Assembly (NCBI GenBank): GCA_036274695.1
Contig: DASUFF010000030.1
Coordinates: forward strand, 2,510 to 66,509
Length of the DNA stretch: 64,000 nucleotides
Reading direction: 5' to 3'
From: a bacterium
Lineage (GTDB): Bacteria; UBA10199; JACPAL01; GCA-016699445
In this document: positions 19,466-28,769 of the stretch, piece by piece
Layout: every line of letters begins with the position of its first letter
How positions within the stretch are numbered: position 1 is the first letter of the stretch
Notes under the pieces: generated by a model
The model's input: only the letters and a program-made list of their open reading frames with translations
Told to the model about the DNA's origin: nothing
Databases searched by the model: none
Translations under genes and position numbers: made by a program

Positions 19466-20728
19466 ATGAAACATCTCGCCCGCGCCCTACGTCATCGAAA
19501 TTTCCGTCTTTTTTTCGCCGGCCAGTCGATTTCGCTCATCGGGACCTGGATGACCCAGGTGGCCACCGGCTGGCTGGTCTACCGGCTGAGTCGTTCGGCG
19601 TTCTGGCTGGGCGTTTCCGGATTTTCGGGGCAGATCCCGGTCTTCCTCTTTTCCGCCTTCGCCGGCGTTTGGGTGGACCGTCTGAACTTGAGGCGGGTGA
19701 TGATCGCCACCCAGGTCCTGGCGATGCTCCAATCGCTGACCCTGGCCTTTTTGACGCTGACCCACCGGATTACACTGGTCCAATTGATCGTCTTGGGCTT
19801 CGCGCAGGGTCTGATCAACGTCTTCGACATGCCGGCCCGCCAAGCCTTTGTGGTCCACATGGTTTCGGACAAGAAGGACCTGGGCAACGCCATCGCGCTC
19901 AACTCCTTCATGGTGAACGTGGCCCGACTGGTCGGTCCCACGCTCGCCGGAATACTGATCGCCGCCACGAACGAGGGGATGTGTTTTTTGGTAGATGGGT
20001 TGAGCTACGTCGCCGTGGTGGCGTCGCTGGTCCTGATGACGCTCTCCCTTCCGCGCAAGACCGGTCCGCACCCGGGCGTCTTCCATGAGTTGAAAGAGGG
20101 CGCTCGCTACGCCCTGGGTTTCCCGCCGATCCGTTACGTCTTGTTATTGCTGGCCGTCTTCAGCCTTATGGGCATGCCGCATGCGCTCCTGATGCCCGTC
20201 TTCGCCTCCGAGATCTTCCACGGCGACGCCCATGCGCTGGGCATGCTGTTGGGCGCCTCGGGTTTCGGGGCCATCTTAGGCGCCGTGTTCCTGGCCTCGA
20301 AGAAATCGGTACTGGGATTGGGCCGCATCATGGTGACGACGGGCATCCTTTTCGGCGCCGGCATCGTCTTGTTTTCGCTGTCCCATATCTGGTGGCTTTC
20401 ATTGTGCCTGCTTGCCGTCACGGGGCTTTCGCTCATCATGCTCGTCGCCTCCGCCAACACCTTCCTCCAGACCATCGCGGAGGACGCCAAGCGCGGCCGG
20501 TTGATGAGCCTGTTCACGATCGCCTTCATCGGCATGGCGCCCTTCGGCAGCCTCCTCTCGGGATGGATGGCCAAGAAGATCGGCGCACCGCACACGCTGC
20601 TGATCGAGGGCGTGTGCTGCATCGCCGGGGCGATCGCCTTCGCGAAGGTCATTCCGGCGATGCGGATTCACGTAAGGCCGATTTATCTGGAGAAGGGGAT
20701 CCTGCAGGCCGAGATTCCGCCGGCGTGA
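19466..20728 (+). CDS. MFS transporter (MFS_3/EntS-like, 12 TM)
   Basis: The N-terminus reads RNFRLFFAGQSISLIGTWM. It has 12 predicted TMs and motif A-like loops. Confidence 0.8.
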   Translation: MKHLARALRHRNFRLFFAGQSISLIGTWMTQVATGWLVYRLSRSAFWLGVSGFSGQIPVFLFSAFAGVWVDRLNLRRVMIATQVLAMLQSLTLAFLTLTHRITLVQLIVLGFAQGLINVFDMPARQAFVVHMVSDKKDLGNAIALNSFMVNVARLVGPTLAGILIAATNEGMCFLVDGLSYVAVVASLVLMTLSLPRKTGPHPGVFHELKEGARYALGFPPIRYVLLLLAVFSLMGMPHALLMPVFASEIFHGDAHALGMLLGASGFGAILGAVFLASKKSVLGLGRIMVTTGILFGAGIVLFSLSHIWWLSLCLLAVTGLSLIMLVASANTFLQTIAEDAKRGRLMSLFTIAFIGMAPFGSLLSGWMAKKIGAPHTLLIEGVCCIAGAIAFAKVIPAMRIHVRPIYLEKGILQAEIPPA

Positions 20729-20750
20729 CGGTCCTGGAGGCAAATAGTTC

Positions 20751-21062
20751 TTGGTTTTGCGCTCCCCGATGATAACATTTTTCCCGATGACGCCTTTCTC
20801 CCGTATCGTGAAGGCCGTGGCCCTGGCAACCCTCCTGGGGTTCTGCAGCATTTTGGCGGATCTTCATTTGGAGGAAACCTCTCCCCAGCAGGCCGATTCC
20901 TGCTGCATGACCTGTTGCCCGGCTCATCATTTGGCTCCGTCTCCCGTCGTCGTCTCCCAATTTAATGACGCCCCCCCGACGTGGCAGGACCTGCCCGTGA
21001 TTCGCTGCCTATCCGTCGATTTGACCCCGTCCGTCTTTCACCCGCCGCAAATCGTCTCCTAG
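20751..21062 (+). CDS. Small exported Cys/His-containing protein upstream of the RND genes; possible metal-binding accessory protein
   Basis: It has the signal-like segment AVALATLLGFCSILA, then CCMTCCPAHH. The start codon is uncertain. It ends 45 bp before the OMF gene. Confidence 0.35.
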   Translation: MVLRSPMITFFPMTPFSRIVKAVALATLLGFCSILADLHLEETSPQQADSCCMTCCPAHHLAPSPVVVSQFNDAPPTWQDLPVIRCLSVDLTPSVFHPPQIVS

Positions 21063-21107
21063 CTCCTTCCTTTCCGTTTTCAGCGTCACCGCTTTTTCGA
21101 CGGCCTC

Positions 21108-22385
21108 ATGCGTCCGCACGGGGCCAAGGAGCATTTTGTGAGACCGATTTTATTCGCCCTGGGGGCCCTGGGCCTCCTCTTGGGGACGTCTCCGGCGTTC
21201 GCCGAACCGTCTTCCTGCGGGATTCGCTCCGCTCAGGACATTTTGGATTGCGTCCTGACGCATCATCCCGACTTGGCCGTCTCCCAGGCCGCCGTGGAGC
21301 GCGACATCGAACTCGCCGCCGTCGCCCGGCAGCGTCCGAATCCGGAGCTGGAGAGCAAGATCCTCGCCGGGACGAGCTCCGCCGCGGACGATCTCGAAAC
21401 GGAGACCCGCCTTCTGCACACGGTGGAGTTGGGAGGAAAGAGGAAGGCGCGCCTTCGCGAGGCCAAGGCCTTCGGGGAGATCGCTGTCGCGGACCGCCAA
21501 AAAACGCGCGAAGAGGTCGCGCTGGCGACGGTCTTGGCCCTCCATCGCCTGCGCCAGATCCGGACGGAGCGCGCCTATCTCCGCGAATCGCTCGAGTCTT
21601 TTGGGCGCATCTTGGGTCAATTGAAGACGCGTCCTCTTCTTTCGCCGGAGCAATCGGTCTCGCAGTCCGTCTTCGAGATGGCGGCCGAAGAATACCGATT
21701 GAAAGAAACGACCCTGCTCGCGGAAGAGAACGGGCTGAAGAGTTCGCTGGAGCTGGCGACGGGGCTGCCCTTCGAATCTTTACAACGCCATCTCCCCGCC
21801 GCCAAGACCTCCTGGCCCAAAATCGGCGGCGACGGCGGCCCGGCCGCCGGCGCCGGCGATTTGCAAAAGGCGAAGGCCGAGACGGATCGGGCGTCGGCCG
21901 GGTTGGAGGCCGCCAAGAGCCTCTCCTGGCCGGATCTTAAAATAGGCCCCACGGTTCAGACCGCCAATCCCTCGGGCGCCGGCCGCACCGGAACCTCGGT
22001 CGGTGGTACGATTTCGCTGCCGATTCCGTTGTTGAGCGTGAACGGCGGCGGGCGCCGCTTTGCGGCCGCGGAGAAGGCGCGGGCGGAGCTGAACCTCCGC
22101 GCGACGAACGAGCGCCTGGCGAAGGAACGTCAAAAACAGGTCGAACGCTACCGAAGCGCCGTCAAAATTTTCTCCCAATTCCGTTCCCGCTCCGCGTTGG
22201 GTGCGAAACACAAGGCCGTCGACGACCTCTTCGAACGGGGCCTGGCCCCGAGCGCGCTCGTCTTGGAGAGCCATCGCCAGATGATCGAGATCATTCGATC
22301 GCTCGACGAACAGGAACTCGCCGCGTTGGACGCCCTCTGGCGCATCGCCATCCTGGACGGAAAGCTGACGGAGGCGAAATTATGA
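21108..22385 (+). CDS. CzcC-like outer membrane efflux protein (OMF) of an HME-RND system
   Basis: It has a signal peptide, the OMF start block LTHHPDLAVSQAAVE...RPNPELE, and a second repeat. It overlaps the RND gene by 4 bp. Confidence 0.7.
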   Translation: MRPHGAKEHFVRPILFALGALGLLLGTSPAFAEPSSCGIRSAQDILDCVLTHHPDLAVSQAAVERDIELAAVARQRPNPELESKILAGTSSAADDLETETRLLHTVELGGKRKARLREAKAFGEIAVADRQKTREEVALATVLALHRLRQIRTERAYLRESLESFGRILGQLKTRPLLSPEQSVSQSVFEMAAEEYRLKETTLLAEENGLKSSLELATGLPFESLQRHLPAAKTSWPKIGGDGGPAAGAGDLQKAKAETDRASAGLEAAKSLSWPDLKIGPTVQTANPSGAGRTGTSVGGTISLPIPLLSVNGGGRRFAAAEKARAELNLRATNERLAKERQKQVERYRSAVKIFSQFRSRSALGAKHKAVDDLFERGLAPSALVLESHRQMIEIIRSLDEQELAALDALWRIAILDGKLTEAKL

Positions 22386-25300
22386 TCCAAAAAATCATCC
22401 GATTTTCCGTCTACAACCGGGCCGTCGTCCTGGTCTTGACAGGGCTTCTCGCGGCCGCCGGGTGGATGGCCTTCCGGACGCTTTCCATCGACGCGCTTCC
22501 GGACATCACCAACGTCCAGGTCGCCGTCAACACGAGGGTGGACGGCCTGGCCCCCGAGGAGACGGAACGCACCATCACCGCCCGCGTCGAGTCCGTGATG
22601 AACGGAATCCCCGGCGTCGCGAACGTCCGCTCCCTCACCAAGTTCGGGCTTTCGCAGGTGACGGTGAATTTCGAGGACGGCACGGACATCTACCGCGCCC
22701 GGCAGCAGGTGTCGGAACGCCTCCAGTCGGTGGCGCCGGACCTTCCGGAAGGAGCGCGTCCGCATCTGGGGCCGATCACGACGGGACTGGGCGAAATCTT
22801 CTTCTACACAGTGGAGGCGGACGCGCCGGCTTCGGGCGAGGAGCGCGTGGCGCAGCTCATGGACCTGCGCGCCGTCCAGGAATGGACGGTCCGCCCGCGG
22901 CTCATGACGGTGAAGGGCGTGGCGGGCGTCGATACGACGGGCGGCTACGAGAAGCAGTACCACGTCCAGCCGGACGTGAAGAAAATGGCGGAATACGGCC
23001 TGGGCTTCGACGAGATCGAGGCCGCCTTGGAGAAGGCCAACCGGAACGTCGGCGGCGGCTACGTCCAGCAGGACGGAAAGATGTTCTTGGTCCAGGCGCT
23101 CGGACTTTTCCGTTCGGAAGAGGACATCCGGCGGGTCCCCGTGAAGTCCCTCGAAACCTTGAAGACGGTCGTGGTCGGCGACGTGGCGAAGGTGTCGCCG
23201 GGCTATCCTCTGCGCGTCGGCGCGGCGCTGGTCGACGGCCACGAGGCGGTCTTGGGCATGGTCTATCTCCTTTCGGGGGAAAACAGCCGGATCGTCGCCA
23301 AGGAGGTGGCTCAGAAGGCGGAGGAGGTGAGGAAGATCCTCCCTCCCGGCGTGCGCCTCGAGGTTCTGCACGACCGCTCGGAGCTGGTCGACGCCACCTT
23401 GAACACCGTCCTGCACAATCTGGCGACGGGGGCGGCCTTAGTCGTCGTTATATTGCTCCTGCTCGTGGGGAACCTCCGCGCGGCCCTCATCACCGCCGTC
23501 ATCATTCCGCTCTCGCTCCTCTTCACCTTCCTCCTCATGAAGGGAAGGGGGATATCCGGCAACCTCATGAGCCTGGGCGCCCTCGATTTCGGCATCATCG
23601 TAGACGCGGCGGTGATCGTGGTGGAGAACTGCGTCCGCCGGATTCATGAATACTGCGGGCGTCTGGGAAGAAGTCTCACCTCGGAGGAGTTGAAGGAAGC
23701 GGTGACGGACGCCACCGTCGAGATGCGCCGGGCCTCCGGTTTCGGGGAAATCGTCATTCTGGCCGTCTTCTTGCCCATTTTCGCGCTCACCGGCGTCGAA
23801 GGAAAAATGTTCCACCCCATGGCGGCGGCCTTTTGCTTCGCGCTGCTCGGCGCCTTGATCTTTTCGTTCACCACGGCCCCGGCGCTGGCGTCCCTGTTTC
23901 TCACGGGAAAAATGGTCGAAAGAGAGCCGTGGCTGATGCGTCTCTTCAGCCGGCTTTACGCGCCGGCCTTGCGCTATGCGATGAAGCGGAGGGGGGTCGC
24001 CCTGGGCGTCGCCGTCGCATCCGTCCTCCTCGGGACCGTCCTCTTCTCCCGCCTGGGCGCGGAGTTCCTGCCGCAATTGGACGAAGGCTCGATCGTCGTC
24101 ATGTTCAACCGGGACGTGAACATCGGGATCGACCAAGCGGTGTCGTTGCAGGCGCGTTCCGAAAAAATCATCCGCGGGTTCCCGGAGATCCGAAAAGTGT
24201 TTTCCCGCATCGGAACGGCCGAGGCCGCCACCGATCCAATGGGCATCTATCTTACGGACACGTTTGTCATGTTAAAAGACCGGAGCGCGTGGCCCGAGAT
24301 CGACGGGCACCGCCGCACGAAGGAGGAGCTTGCGGAGGCGATCGTCGAACGGGTCGAAAAGGAAATCCCGGATCAGGGCCCGGTGATTTCACAGCCGATC
24401 CAGATGCGTTTCAACGAGCTTCTCGAAGGCACGCGCGCCGACGTGGCGGTGAAGATCTTCGACGACGACCTGTCGCGCCTTCTGGCGTTTTCCCAAAAGG
24501 CCGAGGAGCTTCTGAAGGATTTGCCCGGCGCGGGCGACGTCGAGGCGGAGCTTTCGGACACCTCCAAGGTCCTGCGCATCGCCCCTTACGAAGACCGGCT
24601 GGCGGCCTTCGGCATCGGCGCGTCGGTCGTCTTGGACGCGGTCAGCACCGGCGTCGGCGGAAAGGAAGCGGGCTTTCTCTACGACGGCGTCCGCCGTTTT
24701 CCCATCCTCATCCGATTGAGTGAGAAAGACCGGTCGGACCTACAGACGCTCAAAAGCCTCCCCGTCGAGGTGGGGTCGAACCTGACGATCAAGCTGGGCG
24801 AACTCGCGCATCTCGAGTTCGTCGACGGCTTCGGAACGATCCTCCGGGAGAACGGCAAGAGACGGGCCGCCATCCTCATCAATCCGCGCGGCCGCGACAC
24901 CGAGAGTTTCGTCGACGAGGCCCGTGCGGTCTTGGAGAGCCGGGTGCCGCTTCCCGTCGGGTCGTACTACGAATGGGGCGGCAATTTCAAAAACCTGGAG
25001 CGCGCCAAGGAGCGTCTCTTGATTTTGGCGCCGGCGGTGCTGGTCTTGGTTTTCCTGATGATCTTTTTCGTCTTTAGGAATCTTTTTCAGACCTTTTTGA
25101 TTTTCAGCGGCGTCCCCCTGGCCCTGGTGGGGGGCGTGCTGGCGCTGAAGTTAAACGGCCTGACGTTCAGCCTCTCGGCGGGCATCGGCTTCATCGCCCT
25201 CTCGGGCATCGCGATCCTGAACGGGGTCGTGCTGATCAGTTATTTCAACCAACTGAAAGCGGGCCGGGGATTGTCCGGGAGGGAATTGATCTTCAAAGGG

Positions 25301-25522
25301 TCGATGCTGCGGCTCCGGCCCGTCCTCATGACCGCCTTGGTCGACATTTTCGGTTTCCTGCCGATGATGCTCTCCCACGGCATGGGGGCGGAGGTTCAGA
25401 AACCGCTGGCGACGGTGGTGATCGGCGGGATCATCTCATCGACCCTTCTGACCTTATTGGTTTTGCCTGTCCTCTACGAATGGAGGGAAGAAAAAAATGA
25501 CAACTCCCTTCGCAAGCCTTAA
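22382..25522 (+). CDS. czcA: CzcA/CusA-family heavy-metal RND efflux pump (12 TM)
   Basis: The 1046-aa protein starts MIQKIIRFSVYNRAVVLVL, which matches the HME-RND N-terminus. It has two large periplasmic loops and the 12-TM layout. Confidence 0.85.
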   Translation: MIQKIIRFSVYNRAVVLVLTGLLAAAGWMAFRTLSIDALPDITNVQVAVNTRVDGLAPEETERTITARVESVMNGIPGVANVRSLTKFGLSQVTVNFEDGTDIYRARQQVSERLQSVAPDLPEGARPHLGPITTGLGEIFFYTVEADAPASGEERVAQLMDLRAVQEWTVRPRLMTVKGVAGVDTTGGYEKQYHVQPDVKKMAEYGLGFDEIEAALEKANRNVGGGYVQQDGKMFLVQALGLFRSEEDIRRVPVKSLETLKTVVVGDVAKVSPGYPLRVGAALVDGHEAVLGMVYLLSGENSRIVAKEVAQKAEEVRKILPPGVRLEVLHDRSELVDATLNTVLHNLATGAALVVVILLLLVGNLRAALITAVIIPLSLLFTFLLMKGRGISGNLMSLGALDFGIIVDAAVIVVENCVRRIHEYCGRLGRSLTSEELKEAVTDATVEMRRASGFGEIVILAVFLPIFALTGVEGKMFHPMAAAFCFALLGALIFSFTTAPALASLFLTGKMVEREPWLMRLFSRLYAPALRYAMKRRGVALGVAVASVLLGTVLFSRLGAEFLPQLDEGSIVVMFNRDVNIGIDQAVSLQARSEKIIRGFPEIRKVFSRIGTAEAATDPMGIYLTDTFVMLKDRSAWPEIDGHRRTKEELAEAIVERVEKEIPDQGPVISQPIQMRFNELLEGTRADVAVKIFDDDLSRLLAFSQKAEELLKDLPGAGDVEAELSDTSKVLRIAPYEDRLAAFGIGASVVLDAVSTGVGGKEAGFLYDGVRRFPILIRLSEKDRSDLQTLKSLPVEVGSNLTIKLGELAHLEFVDGFGTILRENGKRRAAILINPRGRDTESFVDEARAVLESRVPLPVGSYYEWGGNFKNLERAKERLLILAPAVLVLVFLMIFFVFRNLFQTFLIFSGVPLALVGGVLALKLNGLTFSLSAGIGFIALSGIAILNGVVLISYFNQLKAGRGLSGRELIFKGSMLRLRPVLMTALVDIFGFLPMMLSHGMGAEVQKPLATVVIGGIISSTLLTLLVLPVLYEWREEKNDNSLRKP

Positions 25523-25565
25523 ACTCCGTTCCTCAGCCGACAAACCTTTAAGAAAGGGGAAATTC

Positions 25566-25766
25566 ATGTTCACGAGAATCAAAACCGCCAACGGAAACGT
25601 TGTTCTAAACGCCGGCAGGATCATCGCCATCGCCGATAAGGGCGAGCAAAAATACGAGATCACCGTCGATCAAGGCTCTTCGGTCGGCTCTTACATCACG
25701 GACCGAGAATCGGCGAACAACCTGCTGCAGGAAGTGGAAGCGAGCTTCGAGTTCGGCGGAAGATAA
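25566..25766 (+). CDS. Small cytoplasmic hypothetical protein (66 aa)
   Basis: An ORF immediately downstream of czcA, followed by a terminator-like hairpin and T-run. It has no recognisable motif. Confidence 0.35.
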   Translation: MFTRIKTANGNVVLNAGRIIAIADKGEQKYEITVDQGSSVGSYITDRESANNLLQEVEASFEFGGR

Positions 25767-25768
25767 GG

Positions 25769-25815
25769 CGCGCCCGCTTCAATTTCCCCATTCTCTTTTT
25801 CGGGCGTTTTTTTCC
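25769..25815 (+). terminator. Putative intrinsic terminator
   Basis: CGCCCG...CGGGCG stem followed by TTTTTTT. Confidence 0.4.
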
Positions 25816-25831
25816 GGCAAATGACAGCAAC

Positions 25832-26788
25832 TTGTGGCCCGGCGCCTCGATACGACCCTCCGCTATGGCGCTGACATCCCCGCTTCTTTGTTTGCCGGCG
25901 ACGACTTTCTCCCCGCAGGGCGTCGGCTTTCCCGGCGCGTCTTACGAGCCGCTGTCGCAGATGATCGTTTCCGCTTCCAAGGACGACGACGGTCCCTCAA
26001 TCGGCGGGGCACCGACGACGCCGCGGGAATCGGCTCTCGTTGCCGGGGAAAGGGAGACGGAAGCAAGTTCCCGGTCGACTTATTTGGGCCGCAGAGCGGC
26101 GGTGGCGCGTCTCAGCTCCGTTTATGTGTCCCGCGGCAGGGCGGGAGACGCCGCAAACCTCGCCTTGAAATGGGCCGTCATGGGGAGTTTGGCTTATTTC
26201 CTCCCTTCGCCTTGGGGCTGGCTCGCCGCGGCGGCGGCCATGGGCGCGATGGCGGTTTTCAACACGGCTCGCTTGGGCGCCTATTTTAGTACCGCACCGA
26301 AAAGTCCCAGGCGCTACGAGGCCAAGTATGGCGTGTTGATGAGGCGGATCGATTTTTCCTGGAAAGAGATGGTTCGATATTCCCGCGACGGGACCGCCCC
26401 TCTCTACGAGCGGCAACGGCAGTATCGGGAACTTTTGGCGGAAATTCGCTCGACGATGACGGAACTGGAAGCGTTGAGTTTGTCCAATCCGGGGCGCGTA
26501 ATGGCCCGCGGAAGCGTCACCGGGATCTACCTGATGCTGACGACGCCCTGGAAGGATGAGGGTTTGCGCCATCGGTACGAGCGCGAGTCCCTGGTGCGCT
26601 CCTGCAGGCGGTTCGTGAATTCCCTGCCCGGGGAGTTGCCGGTCCTGCCTCCGGAATCCGAGGAGGCGGGAAGCTATCGCGAATTGCCCGCCCGACTTCG
26701 CGTGGAGGTTCCGGAGGAATTTTCCGATTTCGAAGACGAACTGGCCGAGATCGAGGATGAGCGCGAGGAGAAAAAAGGGCGCTCATAA
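25832..26788 (+). CDS. Hypothetical protein with one hydrophobic segment and an acidic C-terminal tail
   Basis: It has coding-like third-position GC. The start is uncertain (alternatives at 25865 and 25963). Confidence 0.4.
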   Translation: MWPGASIRPSAMALTSPLLCLPATTFSPQGVGFPGASYEPLSQMIVSASKDDDGPSIGGAPTTPRESALVAGERETEASSRSTYLGRRAAVARLSSVYVSRGRAGDAANLALKWAVMGSLAYFLPSPWGWLAAAAAMGAMAVFNTARLGAYFSTAPKSPRRYEAKYGVLMRRIDFSWKEMVRYSRDGTAPLYERQRQYRELLAEIRSTMTELEALSLSNPGRVMARGSVTGIYLMLTTPWKDEGLRHRYERESLVRSCRRFVNSLPGELPVLPPESEEAGSYRELPARLRVEVPEEFSDFEDELAEIEDEREEKKGRS

Positions 26789-26813
26789 GACAGACCGCTT
26801 CATTTTCATTTTG

Positions 26814-26886
26814 TGCGCCCGGTAGGAATCGAACCTACGACCCACAGCTTAGAAGGCTGTTGCTCTATCCCCTGAGCTACGGGCGC
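26814..26886 (-). tRNA. tRNA-Arg (anticodon TCT)
   Basis: The minus-strand sequence is GCGCCCGTAGCTCAGGGGATAGAGCAACAGCCTTCTAAGCTGTGGGTCGTAGGTTCGATTCCTACCGGGCGCA. The cloverleaf is canonical and the anticodon loop is CTTCTAA. Confidence 0.9.
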
Positions 26887-26962
26887 TAACCAGCAACCCC
26901 CTACGTTACACTTCGGGGGCGATTACGCTTCGCTTCATCGAAAATCCAAAGCCAGCGCCCTG

Positions 26963-27015
26963 TCCTAATGGCTTCGCCATTAGGGCGGGCGGCTTCAAGC
27001 GGCCTTCGGCCGCTT
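26963..27015. promoter_or_regulatory. Twin GC-rich stem-loops with TTC loops between tRNA-Arg and ndh
   Basis: CCTAATGGC-TTC-GCCATTAGG at 26963..26983 and CAAGCGGCC-TTC-GGCCGCTTG at 26995..27015. Both have perfect 9-bp stems. Confidence 0.5.
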
Positions 27016-27083
27016 GAGCGCGAAGTTAAAGGTAAAACCCCCTTATTTCAATCAAAAGGAAATACGCGTATAGGCTTTAGCCA

Positions 27084-28367
27084 ATGAGCCATCCCCAAGA
27101 TAACGCGCGCCATCGTGTGGTTCTTCTGGGCGGCGGCTTCGGCGGCCTCTACGCCGCCCAATCGATCCCAAGCGACTCCCCGATTGAGGTGACCCTCATC
27201 GACAAGCGCAACTTCCATCTCTTTCAACCTCTTCTCTATCAAGTCGCCACCGGAGGCCTCAGCCCCGGCGACATCGCTTCGCCCCTCCGCGCGATCCTGG
27301 CCAAGCGCAAGAACGTGACGGTCCTCCAAGTCGAGGCCATCGACCTCGATATTGCCGGCAATCAGGTTGTTCTGAAAGACGGCGCCGTTCCTTACGACAC
27401 GCTGATCATCGCCACCGGCGCCAGCCACCATTACTTCGGCCACGACGACTGGGCCGCCCACGCCCCGGGCCTGAAGACCGTCGAAGACGCCCTGGCGATC
27501 CGCCAGAAAATATTTTCCGCCTTCGAAAAGGCCGAGCGCGAGACGAATGAAGAGAATCGTCGCGCCTTGCTCACCTTCCTCCTGATCGGCGGGGGACCCA
27601 CGGGCGTGGAGATGGCGGGGGCGCTGGCGGAACTGGCGCACGACACGCTCAAGGGCGAGTTCAAGCGCATCGATCCGACGTGGGCGCGGATCGTCCTGAT
27701 CGAAGGCGTCGACCGCATCCTGCCGCCGTATCCGGAAAAGCTGTCGGAAAAGGCGCGCGCGTCGCTGGAAAAATTGGGCGTCGAGGTCCGCACCGGAACG
27801 TTGGTGACGGAGGTCCGCGACGGCGCCGTCACGATGAAACGGGGCGAGGAGACGGAGACCATCGAAGCGGCGACGATCTTTTGGGCCGCGGGCGTTCAAG
27901 CCTCGCCCGTGGGAAAGATTCTGGCGGCCAAGACCGGCGCGTCGCTCGACCGCGCGGGACGGGTCTTGGTGGAAAAAGATCTCACCGTCCCCGGTCATCC
28001 CGAAATTTTCGTGATCGGCGATCTGGCGAATTTTTCCCATCAGGGCGGCAAGCCCTTGCCGGGCATCGCCCCCGTCGCGATGCAGCAGGGGAGGTACGTC
28101 GCGGATCTGGTTCAACGCCGGATCAACGGCGCTCCGCAATGGCCGTTCGTCTATCAAGACAAAGGCAGCCTGGCCGTCATCGGCCGGAATGCGGCGGTGG
28201 CCGATTTGGGAAATCTCCGATTCAGCGGCTTCCCCGCGTGGCTCCTCTGGGTCTTCGTCCACATCCGCTACTTGATCGAGTTCGACAACAAGGCCTTGGT
28301 GCTCTTCCAATGGGCCTGGAATTACCTCACCCGCAAGCGCGGGGCGCGGCTGATCACCAATGAATAG
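27084..28367 (+). CDS. ndh: Type II NADH dehydrogenase (NDH-2)
   Basis: It has two FAD/NAD Rossmann motifs, VVLLGGGFGGLYAA and LIGGGPTGVEMAGAL. The C-terminal membrane-anchor region is conserved. Confidence 0.85.
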   Translation: MSHPQDNARHRVVLLGGGFGGLYAAQSIPSDSPIEVTLIDKRNFHLFQPLLYQVATGGLSPGDIASPLRAILAKRKNVTVLQVEAIDLDIAGNQVVLKDGAVPYDTLIIATGASHHYFGHDDWAAHAPGLKTVEDALAIRQKIFSAFEKAERETNEENRRALLTFLLIGGGPTGVEMAGALAELAHDTLKGEFKRIDPTWARIVLIEGVDRILPPYPEKLSEKARASLEKLGVEVRTGTLVTEVRDGAVTMKRGEETETIEAATIFWAAGVQASPVGKILAAKTGASLDRAGRVLVEKDLTVPGHPEIFVIGDLANFSHQGGKPLPGIAPVAMQQGRYVADLVQRRINGAPQWPFVYQDKGSLAVIGRNAAVADLGNLRFSGFPAWLLWVFVHIRYLIEFDNKALVLFQWAWNYLTRKRGARLITNE

Positions 28368-28464
28368 AGCGCTCTCAAATTGAGAATCGAGACGTCAAAA
28401 AGGGTGAGGTTTAACCCTTCCTAGCCGGAAATTTCGGAAGGAAATCAACGGCACGCCTGTTGCT

Positions 28465-28725
28465 TTGGCATCTGGCATGCTTCGCCTTCTTTCCGCTTGG
28501 ATCGGTCTCTCGGGGGTGCCGGTGCTGCTGGCCCTGCTTCCCTTCGCTCCGGCGCGGGTGACGGCCCACGCACCGGTACATGCGGCGGTTTGGGAGATCC
28601 GGGACCGGCAGAACGCCGAGGCGGAGGCGTTGAAGGATCGCATCGAATCTCTGCAAGCGCGCGTCGATTCCGCGAACGCCCGGTTGACCGCCGCGATCGC
28701 CGCCCTCGAATCCGGCGACCGATAA
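28465..28725 (+). CDS. Small exported coiled-coil protein, hypothetical
   Basis: It has a signal peptide ending TAHA, followed by helical repeats. Confidence 0.35.
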   Translation: MASGMLRLLSAWIGLSGVPVLLALLPFAPARVTAHAPVHAAVWEIRDRQNAEAEALKDRIESLQARVDSANARLTAAIAALESGDR

Positions 28726-28769
28726 ACCTCCTCGATTTTTCAAAGGCCTTAAGCTAGTCACCCACCTCC

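Noticed and set aside
22148-23416. 422-aa minus-strand ORF
   Set aside because: It is antisense to the czcC and czcA genes.
25497-25766. 89-aa ORF starting inside the czcA 3' end
   Set aside because: I trimmed it to the internal ATG at 25566. The upstream part overlaps the czcA C-terminus in another frame.
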